A stretch of 64,000 nucleotides of DNA from Pecten maximus (lineage: Eukaryota): assembly GCF_902652985.1 (NCBI RefSeq), contig NC_047019.1, forward strand, positions 30,504,001-30,568,000, in the 5' to 3' direction. The notes beneath the pieces were generated by a model that saw nothing but the letters and a program-made list of their open reading frames with translations, was not told the DNA's origin and did no database searches. The number at the start of each line of letters is the position of its first letter. Position 1 is the stretch's first letter. Below, piece by piece: positions 43,133-57,144 of the stretch. Both the position numbers and the translations under genes were made by a program.

Positions 43133-43248
43133 TGATGTTGGAAAGTACTTATTAGGATATCTCTACTGGCTCAAGTGTGATGTTGGGTAGTATTTATTAG
43201 GATATCTCTACTGGCTCAAGTGAGATGTTGGGTAGAATTTATTAGGAT
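43133..43248. repeat. ~44-bp tandem repeat, ~2.5 copies
   Basis: GATGTTGG...TTATTAGGATATCTCTACTGGCTCAAGTG repeated. Confidence 0.85.
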
Positions 43249-43305
43249 AACTATAGGAGGAAATAGTATTCGCTTTGCATGTTATAATAAAGGTCAAGTT
43301 AATTT

Positions 43306-44675
43306 TCAGACCCTCTTTGTCCTTGTCAATGTATATCAGACGCCATGATCAACCTCAGACCCTCTTTGTCCTTGTCAATGTAAATCAGACTCCATGATCA
43401 ACCTCAGACCCTCTTTGTCCTTGTCAATGTATATCAGACTCCATGATCAACCTCAGACCTTTGTCCTTGTCAATGTATATCAGACTCCATGATCAACCTC
43501 AGACCTTTGTCCTTGTCAATGTATATCAGACACCATGATCAACCTCAGACCTTCTTTGTCCTTGTCAATGTATATCAGACTCCATGATCAACCTCAGACC
43601 TTCTTTGTCCTTGTCAATGTATATCAGACGCCATGATCAACCTCAGTCCTTTGTCCTTGTCAATGTATATCAGACGCCATGATCAACCTCAGACCCTCTT
43701 TGTCCTTGTCAATGTATATCAGACGCCATGATCAATCTCAGACCTTTGTCCTTGTCAATGTATATCAGACGCCATGATCAACCTCAGACCTTCTTTGTCC
43801 TTGTCAATGTATATCAGACTCCATGATCAACCTCAGACCTTTGTCTTTGTCAATGTATATCAGACGCCATGATCAACCCCAGACCCTCTTTGTCCTTGTC
43901 AATGTATATCAGACTCCATGATCAACCTCAGACCTTCTTTGTCCTTGTCAATGTATATCAGACTCCATGATCAACCTCAGACCTTTGTCCTTGTCAATGT
44001 ATATCAGACACCATGATCAACCCCAGACCCTCTTTGTCCTTGTCAATGTATATCAGACTCCATGATCAACCTCAGACCTTCTTTGTCCTTGTCAATGTAT
44101 ATCAGACTCCATGATCAACCTCAGACCTTTGTCATTGTCAATGTAGACTCCATGATCAACCCCAGACCCTCTTTGTCCTTGTCAATGTATATCAGACTCC
44201 ATGATCAACCTCAGACCTTCTTTGTCCTTGTCAATGTATATCTGACACCATGATCAACCTCAGACCTTTGTCCTTGTCAATGTATATCTGACTCCATGAT
44301 CAACCTCAGACCTTTGTCCTTGTCAATGTATATCAGACTCCATGATCAACCTCAGACCTTCCTTGTCCTTGTCAATGTAGACTCCATGATCAATCTCAGA
44401 CCTTTGTCCTTGTCAATGTATATCAGACATCATGATCAACCTCAGACCTTCTTTGTCCTTGTCAATGTATATCAGACACCATGATCAACCTCAGACCTTT
44501 GTCCTTGTCAATGTATATCTGACTCCATGATCAACCTCAGACCTTTGTCCTTGTCAATGTATATCTGACTCCATGATCAACCTCAGACCTTTGTCCTTGT
44601 CAATGTATATCTGACTCCATGATCAATCTCAGACCATTGTCCTTGTCAACGTATTTCAGACACCATGATCAACCT
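43306..44675. repeat. 46/49-bp minisatellite, ~29 copies (CAGACC[TTC]TTTGTCCTTGTCAATGTATATCAGACTCCATGATCAACCT)
   Basis: Visible; 3-bp length dimorphism. Confidence 0.97.
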
Positions 44676-46254
44676 ATCAGCCTATACTCACAAAATGGTG
44701 TGAGATTGTAACATAAGCCACAGTTTAAGTCATTCATTAAGTTTGGGACTTCTGGGCATCCTCTCTAGAGATCAGTCAAGAGTTCTTCCTTCATTGGCAC
44801 TTTAAGGAGTAGTACTGGCATGGCAAAGGAAAATCTATCTCTTAAGGAAGTGTTCTACAGCAGTGAATCCTCACAAATTAGATACAAGAGTGCATGTACT
44901 TTATACTAAAAAGTCACATTTCAACAAAACACCTATAAAACTCTTTATACAGAATTTTTTTAATAAATCATTATGGTTCTTATTCAAAACCAAATGTGTT
45001 CAATCTCTTTTTAATTGGATGTCTGAAATACATAGTTTGTTACAGTTTTTTCACAGTCAGGTCATTTATCGCATGTATTTCAGGTGAACTTTTACATAAA
45101 AAGCCATATGTAGGTTGTCGTGGCGGGGACATGGTTAATATTGATCAGGAGACACCACTGGTTTGATGCTAACCTCAATGGGAATGTCCTGATGTATAGA
45201 CCGGAAGTACATTAGAGTTAAATGACACAAACGGATAACTACAGACCGTGGTGATACACTCCAAACTGGGAAATGTGAATAAGAAGAGTAGATAGCTATC
45301 CAGGAAACTGTGAAGTTATTGACAGGGATATAGGTATTAAAGTGGCAGGTAGCAATGGACAAACAGCAATTAAAACGATTTCAAGGGAGAATTTATAAAG
45401 GTGAAAAGTAGCGAGAGCCACATAACACTGACAAAGATGTGACCTGGAGACAAATGCTGATAGTAAAATGTACCTGATGACAATAGATATAGTGACTCTC
45501 TTCACCATTGGATGAGAGGAAGCTAGGTGGTGCTCCAATGACCGCTGACTCAATTAATCGGGTATACTGGTATGCCCGCTGTAAACTCAAAAAACTACAT
45601 ACAATAATGTCTGCTTATTACAAGATCCCAAATTTGGCTCGACCTATGACCTATAACAAACTTCGGGTATACAAACTATGGTCCTCTGGTCTTGAGCAGG
45701 TTTTACTATGTCCAATCAAATGATTCTAATGAATTTTATAAAAATGAATAATCATTATATGAGAAATGTGAGGTCAAGCAGTTTTAGGGAGTATCGATAC
45801 AATACTCTTAGAGTAATAGCACGATTACCATGGCAAACGTGCCTTGGACAACAGACAACATGGCCAATGTCAAACAGTACGTAATTGGTATACTTGGCAG
45901 CACCTTGTAACTACTCACATTACATTAGCTATCATTATTTCATATTCAAATAATCATCTTGACTTGCTCCATAAAGTAGGGTTGTTTTATGGAGCTAACA
46001 TAAGCAGGACCTTAAGGTGGCCACACTATGGTAAGGTTATGACAGTTTGATGTAGACATATTCTAGGTTGGTGATAATTATTTATCAGTCAGCATGGCGA
46101 GATAAACATTAACTACTATGGAACAATAAAAACACTAATGTGGTTCATTTTACTAGTACATAAAAATAATTGAGTAATGATGACTACAAATGGCTATAGC
46201 CTTCTGCAGACATAGAGATCAGACAACCCATTTAAACAGACCTCAAGAGACAGC

Positions 46255-47540
46255 TAGGGAGACCACACAGCCCTTTATTTACAGGGATATAACATACCTC
46301 TGTACATTTACAGGGAGATCACACAGCCCTCTATTTACAGGGAGATCACACAGCCCTCTATTTACAGGGATATAACATACCTCTGTACATAGGGAGATCA
46401 CACAGCCCTCTATTTACAGGGATATAACATACCTCTGTACATAGGGAGATCACACAGCCCTCTATACATAGGGAGATCACACAGTCCTCTATTTACAGGG
46501 ATATAACATACCTCTATACATAGGGAGATCACACAGCCCTCTATTTACAGGGAGATCACACAGCCCTCTATTTACAGGGAGATCACACAGCCCTTTATTT
46601 ACAGGGATATAACATACCTCTGTACATAGGGAGATCACAGACCTCTATACATAGGGAGATCACACAGCCCTCTATTTACAGGGATATAACATACCTCTAT
46701 ACATAGAGAGATCACACAGCCCTCTATTTACAGGGATATAACAGACCTCTGTACATAGGGAGATCACACAGCCCTTTATTTACAGGGATATAACATACCT
46801 CTGTTCATAGGGAGATCACACAGCCCTCTATTTACAGGGATATAACATACCTCTGTACATAGGGAGATCACACAGCCCTCTATTTACAGGGATATAACAG
46901 ACCTCTGTACATAGGGAGATCACACAGCCCTCTATTTACAGGGATATAACATACCTCTGTACATAGGGAGATCACACAGCCCTCTATTTACAGGGATATA
47001 ACATACCTCTGTACATAGGGAGATCACACAGCCCTCTATACATAGGGAGATCACAGACTTCTAAACATAGGGAGAGCACACAGACCTCTATACATAGGGA
47101 GATCACACAGACCTCTATACATAGGGAGATCACACAACCCTCTATACATAGGGAGATCACACAGCCCTCTATACATAGGGAGATCACAGACTTCTATACA
47201 TAGGGAGATCACACAGTCCTCTATTTACAGGGATATAACAGACCTCTGTACATAGGGAGATCACACAACCCTCTATTTACAGGGATATAACATACCCCTA
47301 TACACAGGGAGATCACACAGCCCTCTAAACACAGGGAGATCACAAAGACCTCTATACATAGGGAGATCTCACAGACCATTGTACAGGGAGATCACTCAGA
47401 TCTCTATAGACAAGGTGATGAAACAGCCCTCTAGAGACTGGGTCAGATCACACAGACCTTAAATTATAGACAGGGAGATCACAAAGACTTCTATGAACAG
47501 CTAGATCATACAGCCCTCTATACACAGGGATATCACTCAG
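46255..47540. repeat. Composite 27+25-bp (52-bp dimer) minisatellite (AGGGAGATCACACAGCCCTCTATTTAC / AGGGATATAACATACCTCTGTACAT)
   Basis: Two related monomers alternate; degenerate right edge. Confidence 0.95.
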
Positions 47541-48302
47541 ATGTCTATATATAGATCATTGACTTGAAACCATCAACAGTCCCTATAGGACGAATAGCAG
47601 GACAAAGTAATGACTATATACATTTGCATATTTTATCCAAAATATTTTTTTCACTTGGAACATAAAATCCTTCCACCAAGTATGAATATCTTACACAGAG
47701 CAACATCCCCACTCCAGCATGTAAGTACCATACCAGACCTACATTACAGTCACATGGAAGGCGTAAATAATAAGCAAGATTATCAAAATGCTCAATTAAC
47801 ATATTTTCCAAATAGCCATAAAATAACAGATAAAACTGTGTTTCTTAATTGGATAACTAATGAGCTGGCTGCCCTATCACTATAGTAACCAGAACTGTAA
47901 CTTTAAATACAGGTACTAATGACAAAATGGTCACCCTTCCCCTGCTCCACTTCACAGTTTATGATGTAGACCAGTACCATGCATGTAATATATTTGTTTA
48001 GATAATAGGATACTCGTTAGTTTTCCAAGTAGAGTAACACATATTGTTATGCTTGGAAATTATTCTGAGTCACAAACAAGAAATATCTTTAAAAAAGATA
48101 AACGGCATCGTGTTAATGCTGGTGGTTATAATGTAAAACTGCTGGTGAAATAAGTTAACGAACTACATTGTAATTAAAAAATGCGCAGTTTCAGCACGGA
48201 TAACAAAATTATATCAGTTTGAATCATTTTTGGTGATAATAAGACTGGAAATGTGTCATTTGAATAGATGCATCCACTTATTCAGCTTGCATTCAATTTA
48301 AA

Positions 48303-49207
48303 AGGGACATCACGGTAAAAACGTTGCAATTTTCACTGAATGTACGCGATTTGTTTCTTTCCAGTTATGTTTCTGTGCTGTCCCAATGTTCACAGTCAAT
48401 CCCTATGTCCAGCTTGACCAGTCGATTTAGTTGGGAAGCCCCCTCTAAATTTAGCACGGAAATTATTTTTAAATCATTACGTGACTGTTTTGAAATCGTG
48501 GCAGCACAAACACACGATAGTTTACAAGGCGATATCTATATTCCATCTGGGTTAGTTGGATAACAATATTATACAGTGGTTTAAATGTTAAATAACACGT
48601 TCTGTATATATTAATTAAAATTACGGCACACATATTTATGTGTAAATAAGAGTAAACATTGTTCATATAGTATAGTGACAGTAGCGATGTACTGGTACAG
48701 ACTGTATAAATATTACGAGTTTGTGGAACTATTACAGAGTTTGTGTTAATATTACCGAGTTTGTGTAAATATTACTGAGATTGTGGAAATCTTACCGAGT
48801 TTGTGTAAATATAACCGAGATTGTCATAACCTACTATCAAAGAATTAAGCAGAATACGAGCGGCGTCGGTATTACTGCTGTTTTCATGTTTGAACTGTTA
48901 CAGTCTATTGTACTGCTTCCCAAGTTTAATTCTAGGATTGTGTTTGACCCATTTCCCTATTATTCTCTTCATTGCGGAAGCTGTTATCGTTTTCAACCGC
49001 AGTCGATTCACATATTGGAAGCCATTTTTGTGTCCATGTGTTTATTCAGATTGTTGATCAGCGAATTGTGATAACCTTTTAATAATTGATAATTGATGTT
49101 TTTATGTACCTTCATCATTGAATTCGAATGGTTATTGTTTAGAAAGTTACTTTTTTAAAAGATATACCCAAAATACAAAATAAATATTGGTTTACCGTGA
49201 GGTCCCT
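48303..49207. mobile_element. MITE, Kolobok/T2-like (TTAA target, AGGG termini), 905 bp
   Basis: 17-bp TIRs AGGGACATCACGGTAAA (48303-48319) and TTTACCGTGAGGTCCCT (49191-49207), 16/17 match; TTAA right flank, TAAA left flank; internal ~20-bp tandem repeats ~48705-48830. Confidence 0.8.
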
Positions 49208-49947
49208 TTAACTTTGTTTCGTTTTTAACTGTATATCTGCATTTTGCATTGACCGCTACATTGCCCAATCACATACTTCATCTTGACCAGTAACGCCACC
49301 TGTCGCGTCATATCCGGGGCCAAAACAAAATTAGACAGCTATGCCGAAAAATACTGTACCTGTTATTAAACGATTCAAAATGTCAAATAGTTTGGAACAT
49401 CTGGGCAATTTGGAGTCCTTTCAATTGTATCAATCATTTTGTCCATTTTATCATTTCCTATTATTTTTTCTTAGACAAGGTCATGAGACCAAAAGGCCAT
49501 ATAAACATAGATGGTTGTTTATTTGTATGCTATTAAATTGGTACCTTCTCCTGGTCTCTAGGGGTTTTGTTTGAAAGGTGTTAGAAATAGTCGTGACTCC
49601 AGGCATCTGAAACGAGGAATCATGTACAACCTTATGTTGCTAGGCAATGATAAAAAAGCCATGGCGTGGCAGTCAGTGATTAGTCAGGCGAAATACGTAA
49701 TGGCCAAATGTTTTCTCCAAAATGTTTTTTCAGAGCAAAAAAGATAGTTGATGGTCTGTGTGAAATGTATTTAATGGTGTTTTCTGTCCTTGAATTAGTA
49801 ACATATGAAGGTCCCCATTATCACAAGTTACGTAACATTTTATTAGTAAGCTACTAGTTATTTGTATGACCTACAGCATACAATCCGCCATCCTTAGCTC
49901 CGATGTAAATCCTATTTAATCTATTTTTTCTTCTCTTTTCCTCTCAG

Positions 49948-50135
49948 CTATACCAAAATGTTTTCTCTTTCCAAGATGTGAAGTGTTAAAAGATACATCA
50001 GCTGTTTTATTCGATTGAACAGCCACATGCACAGTGTAAAACCCAAGAAAATGCCAGTAGAGGAAGCAACATCAAAGAGCATCCCCAGGATCAATACTAC
50101 CACTCGGCTCTTCCAATCAGCGTAGTTGGGGACCT
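49948..50135 (+). other. Candidate non-coding/UTR exon (188 nt)
   Basis: Long polypyrimidine tract ending CTCTCAG (49924-49947); donor CT|GTAAGT (GT at 50136); stops in all three + frames. Confidence 0.4.
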
Positions 50136-50764
50136 GTAAGTCATATACTGCCCAGTGCAGTAGAACAGTCAGCACTGTTTGGGACACACCAGCTTTCTAC
50201 TGCTTCAAGCTGATCAGTCAGAAATGCATTTCCCAGCTCTCCTTATTTGGGAGACACTCTAAATGTTTATTCCTTAATTAAGATGTAATTTAGTAAATCT
50301 TCATTAATGTTCATGATTTTATAAATTCTAAAAGTCCATCAGAATGAACTGCTTAGAATATTTTGTTTGAAGATATTAATTCATTTTAAGTTCATCTCTG
50401 AATTAACTTCAGGAAACTTGAAAAATTTTGAACTTGCCTAATCTCCCACATGGATTCCAAAAAGATGGCAACTGATTAATTTTGGCTTGAAACCTGTATA
50501 CTCTGATCAGAATTTCGTTAGACCTGTGTATTGCTGCTCAAGCATTTAAAAGTAAAAGATTAGTGAGCAAGGTTTTAGGCATTAATGTTTTTTAAGGAAT
50601 TTTTGTTTGAAACTGATGATCAAAAAGCTTGGTTGGGGATTCTCTTATACACACTAGAACCAATCATTTATTTCAGTATATCTATCTTGAAAATGTGTTT
50701 GAGCAGATCAGTTGCTTCCTTCTTAATCATTCTTACAATGAAAAACCATAGAGAAAAATACCTT

Positions 50765-51190
50765 AATCTCCCTACAGACAGTCCTGGTGTAGATGTGTTA
50801 TATAGAACCACCATAACACAGGTGTATCTACCGTAATCTCCCCTACAGACAGTCCTGGTGTAGATGTGTTATATAGAACCACCATAACAGGTGTATCTAC
50901 CGTAATCTCCCTACAGACAGTCCTGGTGTAGATATGTTATATAGAACCACCATAACACAGGTGTATCTACCGTAATCTCCCTACAGACAGTCCTGGTGTC
51001 GATGTGTTATATAGAACCACCATAACACAGGTGTATCTACCGTAATCTCCCCAACAGACAGTCCTGGTGTAGATGTGTTATCTACTGTAGTCCCCCTACA
51101 GACAGTCCTGGTGTAGATGTGTTATATAGAACCACCATAACATAGGTGTATCTACCGTAATCTCCCCTACCAGACAGTCCTGGTGTAGGT
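50765..51190. repeat. ~70-bp tandem repeat, ~6 copies
   Basis: CAGACAGTCCTGGTGTAGATGTGTTATATAGAACCACCATAAC... repeated, one internally deleted copy. Confidence 0.95.
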
Positions 51191-52510
51191 CCATAACATA
51201 AATGGATTTCTTTTAAAATCTGGAAAAAACATATTTTGCTTAATTCTGGAAAATGTCTTCTGAATAAACTTTTCTTTCTTTTAAATCTCCAAAGTACATA
51301 TTATAAGATATCCATATTAGTTGTATGTGTAAACAACTAAGTACAAACCACAACAAACACAACTTACAGAAGTGTTACTATGGCAACAAATAACCTAACT
51401 GAATTAATTGCTGCGACTTAGATACAGATGTCCTGAAAGTTCTACCAGCTGTCTATCAGGTTGAAGTGAGGAAATGAAGAATTTTATGATAACTGATATA
51501 AAATGGTAATCTCATCTGAGTTCCTAAAGATTTCAGGAACTATTTTCCCGTTTAGTTAGGGAAATAATTAATACCGTACTCAACCTAACAAGTTATGTTA
51601 GTGCAGCATAAATTGGGGATGTTACAGTAACTGTATACTCTTCAACAATTCTCCAAACACTGACAGATGATTTGTTGAAGTAAGATGATAAATCATACAG
51701 AAGAGATGAGACGCACACACCAGAAACTGATAAGGACATTTCTAACGGAAGGAGCACACTTATTAGGCCAGCTACAGTAAGATGGCCTGGATGAGGAAAT
51801 CTTCAATTTTCCAACTTCCTTTCCTAATTATGTATTAAATCATGCTATAATAAATAAATTTAACCAATACCTGAACACTTGATTTAATACCTGAGAACGT
51901 GATATAATCAACTTTTCCATTTCAGTTTAAAAGCAATCTAATAAAAATAATTAATGCTGAAATTATTTAGTGATTTAATTACATTCTCATTTCAAACAAA
52001 CGGGGAATTTGTGTACTTACAGACTGTTAATTTCATTGGAAATAAAAATAAAAACAGGTCGATGATGTCATTGATATCCCCTTCCTTTCCTACCCTTACT
52101 AGACAAGCCAGGTTTAGTCCAATGTAAAGTTAGAATCATTCAAATTAAATTAATGCTGCAAAAGTTGACAATACAAAACTGTTTAAAAGTACCATCCATT
52201 TCTACTTCTAGTTATACCCAGATATGCAATTCTTCTTAATCCAATTTGGGCCTAAATTTAGTACATGTATTCCATTTTGTATAACGAGATCACAGAAGCA
52301 ACAGATACGGTTAGAGAGTAGCTGTCATTGGGATACTGCTAGGATTGATACTCCCAGTTGTGGAAGCTGAATTTTAACTGCATATATATGGATGAGACGA
52401 TTTCTTCTAAACCAAGTCACTGAGGCATAAAATGAATATAGTTAACATTCAATAGCCACAACATTGATTCATAGAAGCTGCATCATTTATATATGTTAAA
52501 TGTATAATCA

Positions 52511-55007
52511 TAACACTGTTGACTACCCAGGTAACACTGTTGACTACCTAGGTACCACTGTTGGCTACCCAGGTAACACTGTTGACTACCCAGGTAACAC
52601 TGTTGACTACCCAGGTAACACTGTTGGACTACCCAGGTAACACTGTTGACTACCCAGGTAACACTGTTGACTACCCAGGTAACACTGTTGACTACCCAGG
52701 TAACACTGTTGACTACCCAGGTAACACTGTTGACTACCCAGGCAACACTGTTGACTACCCAGGTAACACTGTTGGGTACCAAGGTAACACTGTTGACTAC
52801 CCAGGTAACACTGTTGACTACCCAGGTAACACTGTTGACTACCCAGGTAACACTGTTGACTACCCAGGTAACACTGTTGACTACCCAGGTAACACTGTTG
52901 ACTACCCAGGTAACACTGTTGACTACCCAGGTAACACTGTTGACTACCCAGGTAACACTGTTGACTACCCAGGTAACACTGTTGGCTACCCAGGTAACAC
53001 TGTTGACTACCCAGGTAACACTGTTGACTACCCAGGTAACACTGTTGACTACCCAGATAACACTGTTGACTACCCAGGTAACACTGTTGGGTACCCAGGT
53101 AACACTGTTGACTACCCAGGTAACACTGTTGGGTACCCAGGTAACACTGTTGGGTACCCAGGTAACACTGTTGGGTACCCAGGTAACACTGTTGGGTACC
53201 CAGGTAACACTGTTGGCTACCCAGGTAACACTGTTGGGTACCCAGGTAACTCTGTTGACTTGCCAGGTAACACTGTTGACTACCCAGGTAACACTGTTGA
53301 CTACCCAGGTAACACTGTTGGGTACCCAGGTAACACTGTTGGGTACCCAGGTAACACTGTTGACTACCCAGGTAACACTGTTGGCTACCCAGGTAACACT
53401 GTTGACTACCCAGGTAACACTGTTGACTACCCAGGTAACACTGTTGACTACCCAGGTAACACTGTTGGCTACCCAGGTAACACTGTTGACTACCCAGGTA
53501 ACTCTGTTGACTACCCAGGTAACACTGTTGACTACCCAGGTAACACTGTTGACTACCAGATAACCTCTGTTGACTACACAGGTAACACTGTTGGTACCCA
53601 GATAACACTGTTGGGTACCCAGGTACACTGTTGACTAACCCAGGTAACACTGTTGGGTACCCAGGTAACACTGTTATGGGTACCCCTGTAACACTGTTTG
53701 GGTACCCAGGTAATCCACTGTTGGGTACCCAGTAACACTGTGGCTTACCCAGGTAACACTGTTGGGTAACCAGGTAACTCTGTTGACTGCCAGGGTAACA
53801 CTGTTGGACTACCCAGGTAAACACTGTTTGACTACCCAGGTAACACTGTTGCGTACCCAGGTAACACTGTTGGGTACCCAGGTAACACTGTTGGCTACCC
53901 AGGTAACACTGTTGGCTACCCAGGTAACACTGTTGACTACCCAGGTAACACTGTTGACTACCCAGGTAACACTGTTGACTACCCAGGTAACACTGTTGAC
54001 TACCCAGGTAACACTGTTGACTACCCAGGTAACACTGTTGGGTACCCAGGTAACACTGTTGGGTACCAAGGTAACACTGTTGGGTACCCAGGTAACACTG
54101 TTGACTACCCAGGTAACACTGTTGACTACCCAGGTAACACTGTTGACTACCCAGGTAACACTGTTGGGTACCCAGGTAACTCTGTTGACTACCCAGGTAA
54201 CACTGTTGGCTACCCAGGTAACACTGTTGACTACCCAGGTAACACTGTTGACTACCCAGGTAACACTGTTGACTACCCAGGTAACACTGTTGACTACCCA
54301 GGTAACACTGTTGACTACCCAGGTAACACTGTTGACTACCCAGGTAACACTGTTGGGTACCAAGGTAACACTGTTGGGTACCAAGGTTACACTGCTGACT
54401 ACCCAGGTAACACTGTTGGGTACCCAGGTAACACTGTTGGGTACCCAGGTAACACTGCTGACTACCCAGGTAACACTGCTGACTACCCAGGTAACACTGC
54501 TGACTACCCAGGTAACACTGTTGGGTACCAAGGTAACACTGTTGGGTACCAAGGTTACACTGCTGACTACCCAGGTAACACTGCTGACTACCCAGGTAAC
54601 ACTGTTGACTACCCTGTTGACTACCCAGGTAACACTGTTGACTACCCTGTTGACTACCCAGGTAACACTGTTGACTACCCAGGTAGCACTGTTGACTACC
54701 CAGGTAACACTGTTGACTACCCAGGTAACACTGTTGGGTACCCAGGTAACACTGCTGACTACCCAGGTAACACTGTTGACTACCCAGGTAACACTGTTGA
54801 CTACCCAGGTAACACTGTTGACTACCCAGGTAACACTGTTGACTACCCAGGTAACACTGCTGGGTACCAAGGTAACACTGTTGACTACCCAGGTAACATT
54901 GTTGGGTACCAAGGTTACACTGTTGGCTACCCAGGTAACATTGTTGGGTACCAAGGTTACACTGTTGGCTACCAAGGTAACACTGTTTGGTACCAAGGTC
55001 AACACTG
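52511..55007. repeat. 21-bp minisatellite, ~118 copies (CCAGGTAACACTGTTGACTAC)
   Basis: Visible; GACTAC/GGGTAC/GGCTAC variants. Confidence 0.98.
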
Positions 55008-56214
55008 AAGCATCAAATATATAGGTCACATTCACCATCACCAACAGTTTTCTGTTAGTGTGAAGTACTAATATACATAGATATGGACAGTTAACCTGCT
55101 GCATGGATAGACCATGTAAAATATCTATTTCTAATGTAAGTACAAACATCAATTTGATTTCCATTCATGTCTCTTAACATATCTCCATTTCTCTCATTGT
55201 ACAGAGAACAGTACAAACTGATCTAATTCCAGAAGGCTTCCACAAACATGTTCTTATCTAAATATAATAATCTTTGCATCATACAGTGAAGCTGGCTGAG
55301 AATGGGACCACTGGTCTACGTTGTAAATACACAATTGTAACATTGGTTTATATGGTGTAATTATTTTCCATAATCTGTTTAGTTACTTTTGGTATGGCAT
55401 CATTAACTTCTAAGGCAATATCAATTACTAAAACAATTTTATTGTATCAGTTTGTAGGGAATAGACATCATGGAGGCTGTATATAGGCTAGTACTATTGC
55501 CTGGTAACACTGGTATAGACCAGTAGATCTGGACATTCCTACCAGTTTAATACCTGGTGTAAAGCGTTATTAGTCTTCAGCAATGAACAATTTTAACAGC
55601 AATTTTTTTATCATCGAATTGTAAGTAGAACAACACATATTTTGTGTGTAATTGGAACTACTAATGCCAGGGTTAGTACAATTTGTATTTGTTATTGTCA
55701 CGGTTCTTGTCTTATATTGTTATATAAGAACATATTGTTCTATCATAACAAACCGTAGTCATAATTATTTTCTGACCTTTTATTGCATGACTATCACACC
55801 AAAGAAAAAACTTTTTCCCATTAACAATTCAGAAGCTTAAGGACTTCATGAGAAAACATTTCTAATTCAAAATCTCATTTGACCTCAAAGATTACTTTGA
55901 CTTTAAAGTTAGCAGGCTTCAGGATCTGACCAGAAGGCTGTAACCTCTTTTGTCATGAAATTGCATATTAAACCATATTAATTTTCAGTTAATGTTGCTT
56001 ATTTCTGTGGAATTTCTAGTTGTGGAGAACTGTGGGGCCTTTTCTAACCATCAGAATGTGCCCCAAAACATATAATGACATCAATGAAGTGATTTCATTA
56101 CAATATATGTTTTTGAAATAAAGAACACTTCAAAGGTTTGCATAGGCACACAAGATATTAGCACCTTTCAATATAAGAGTCAGATACTGTAGAGCCAAAA
56201 AATGAATTAAATTT

Positions 56215-56263
56215 CATCATACAGCTGTTTCATCCCTCTAGGACTCATCAGTGATGTTAGGGA
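56215..56263 (-). ncRNA. Hammerhead ribozyme, array unit 1 (intact core)
   Basis: CUGAUGA, 4-bp stem II, GAAAC, palindromic ACAGCUGU, GUA triplet, stem I CAUCA/UGAUG. Confidence 0.85.
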
Positions 56264-56409
56264 CATCATACAGCTGTTTCATCCCTCTAGGACACATCAG
56301 TGATGTTAGGGACATCATACAGCTGTTTCAGCCCTCTAGGACACATCAGTGATGTTAGGGACATCATACAGCTGTTTCAGCCCTCTAGAACACATCAGTG
56401 ATGTTAGGG

Positions 56410-56459
56410 ACATCATACAGCTGTTTCATCCCTCTAGGACTCATCAGTGATGTTAGGGC
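56410..56459 (-). ncRNA. Hammerhead ribozyme, array unit 5 (intact core)
   Basis: As unit 1; 6-bp stem I ACAUCA/UGAUGU. Confidence 0.85.
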
Positions 56460-57144
56460 CATCATACAGCTGTTTCAGCCCTCTAGAACACATCAGTGAT
56501 GTTAGGGACATCATACAGCTGTTTCAGCCCTCTAGAACACATCAGTGATGTTAGGGACATCATACATTTGTTTCACCCCTCTAGGACACATCAGTGATGT
56601 TAGGGACATCATACAGCTGTTTCAGCCCTCTAGGACTCATCAGTGATGTTAGGGACATCATACAGCTGTTTCGTCCCTCTAGGACTAGTCAGTGATGCCA
56701 GGGACATCATACAGCTGTTTCATCCATCTAGAACACATCAGTGATGTTAGAGACATCATACAGCTGTTTCATCCATCTAAAACACATCAGTGATGTTAGG
56801 GACATCATACAGCTGTTTCATCCATCTAAAACACATCAGTGATGTTAGGGACATCATACAGCTGTTTCAGCCCTCTAGGACTAGTCAGTGATGCCAGGGA
56901 CATCATACAGCTGTTTCATCCATCTAGAACACATCAGTGATGTTAGGGACATCATACAGCTGTTTCATCCATCTAGAACACATCAGTGATGTTAGAGACA
57001 TCATACAGCTGTTTCATCCATCTAAAACACATCAGTGATGTTAGGGACATCATACAGCTGTTTCAGCCCTCTAGGACTCATCAGTGATGTTAGGGACATC
57101 ATACAGCTGTTTCAGCCCTCTAGGACACATCAGTGATGTTAGGG

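Noticed and set aside
43306-44675. Second 49-bp array as a possible ribozyme repeat
   Set aside because: No hammerhead core on either strand; equal unit length appears coincidental.
52483-55164. Antifreeze/mucin-like heptad ORFs on both strands
   Set aside because: 21-bp minisatellite open in many frames; artefact.
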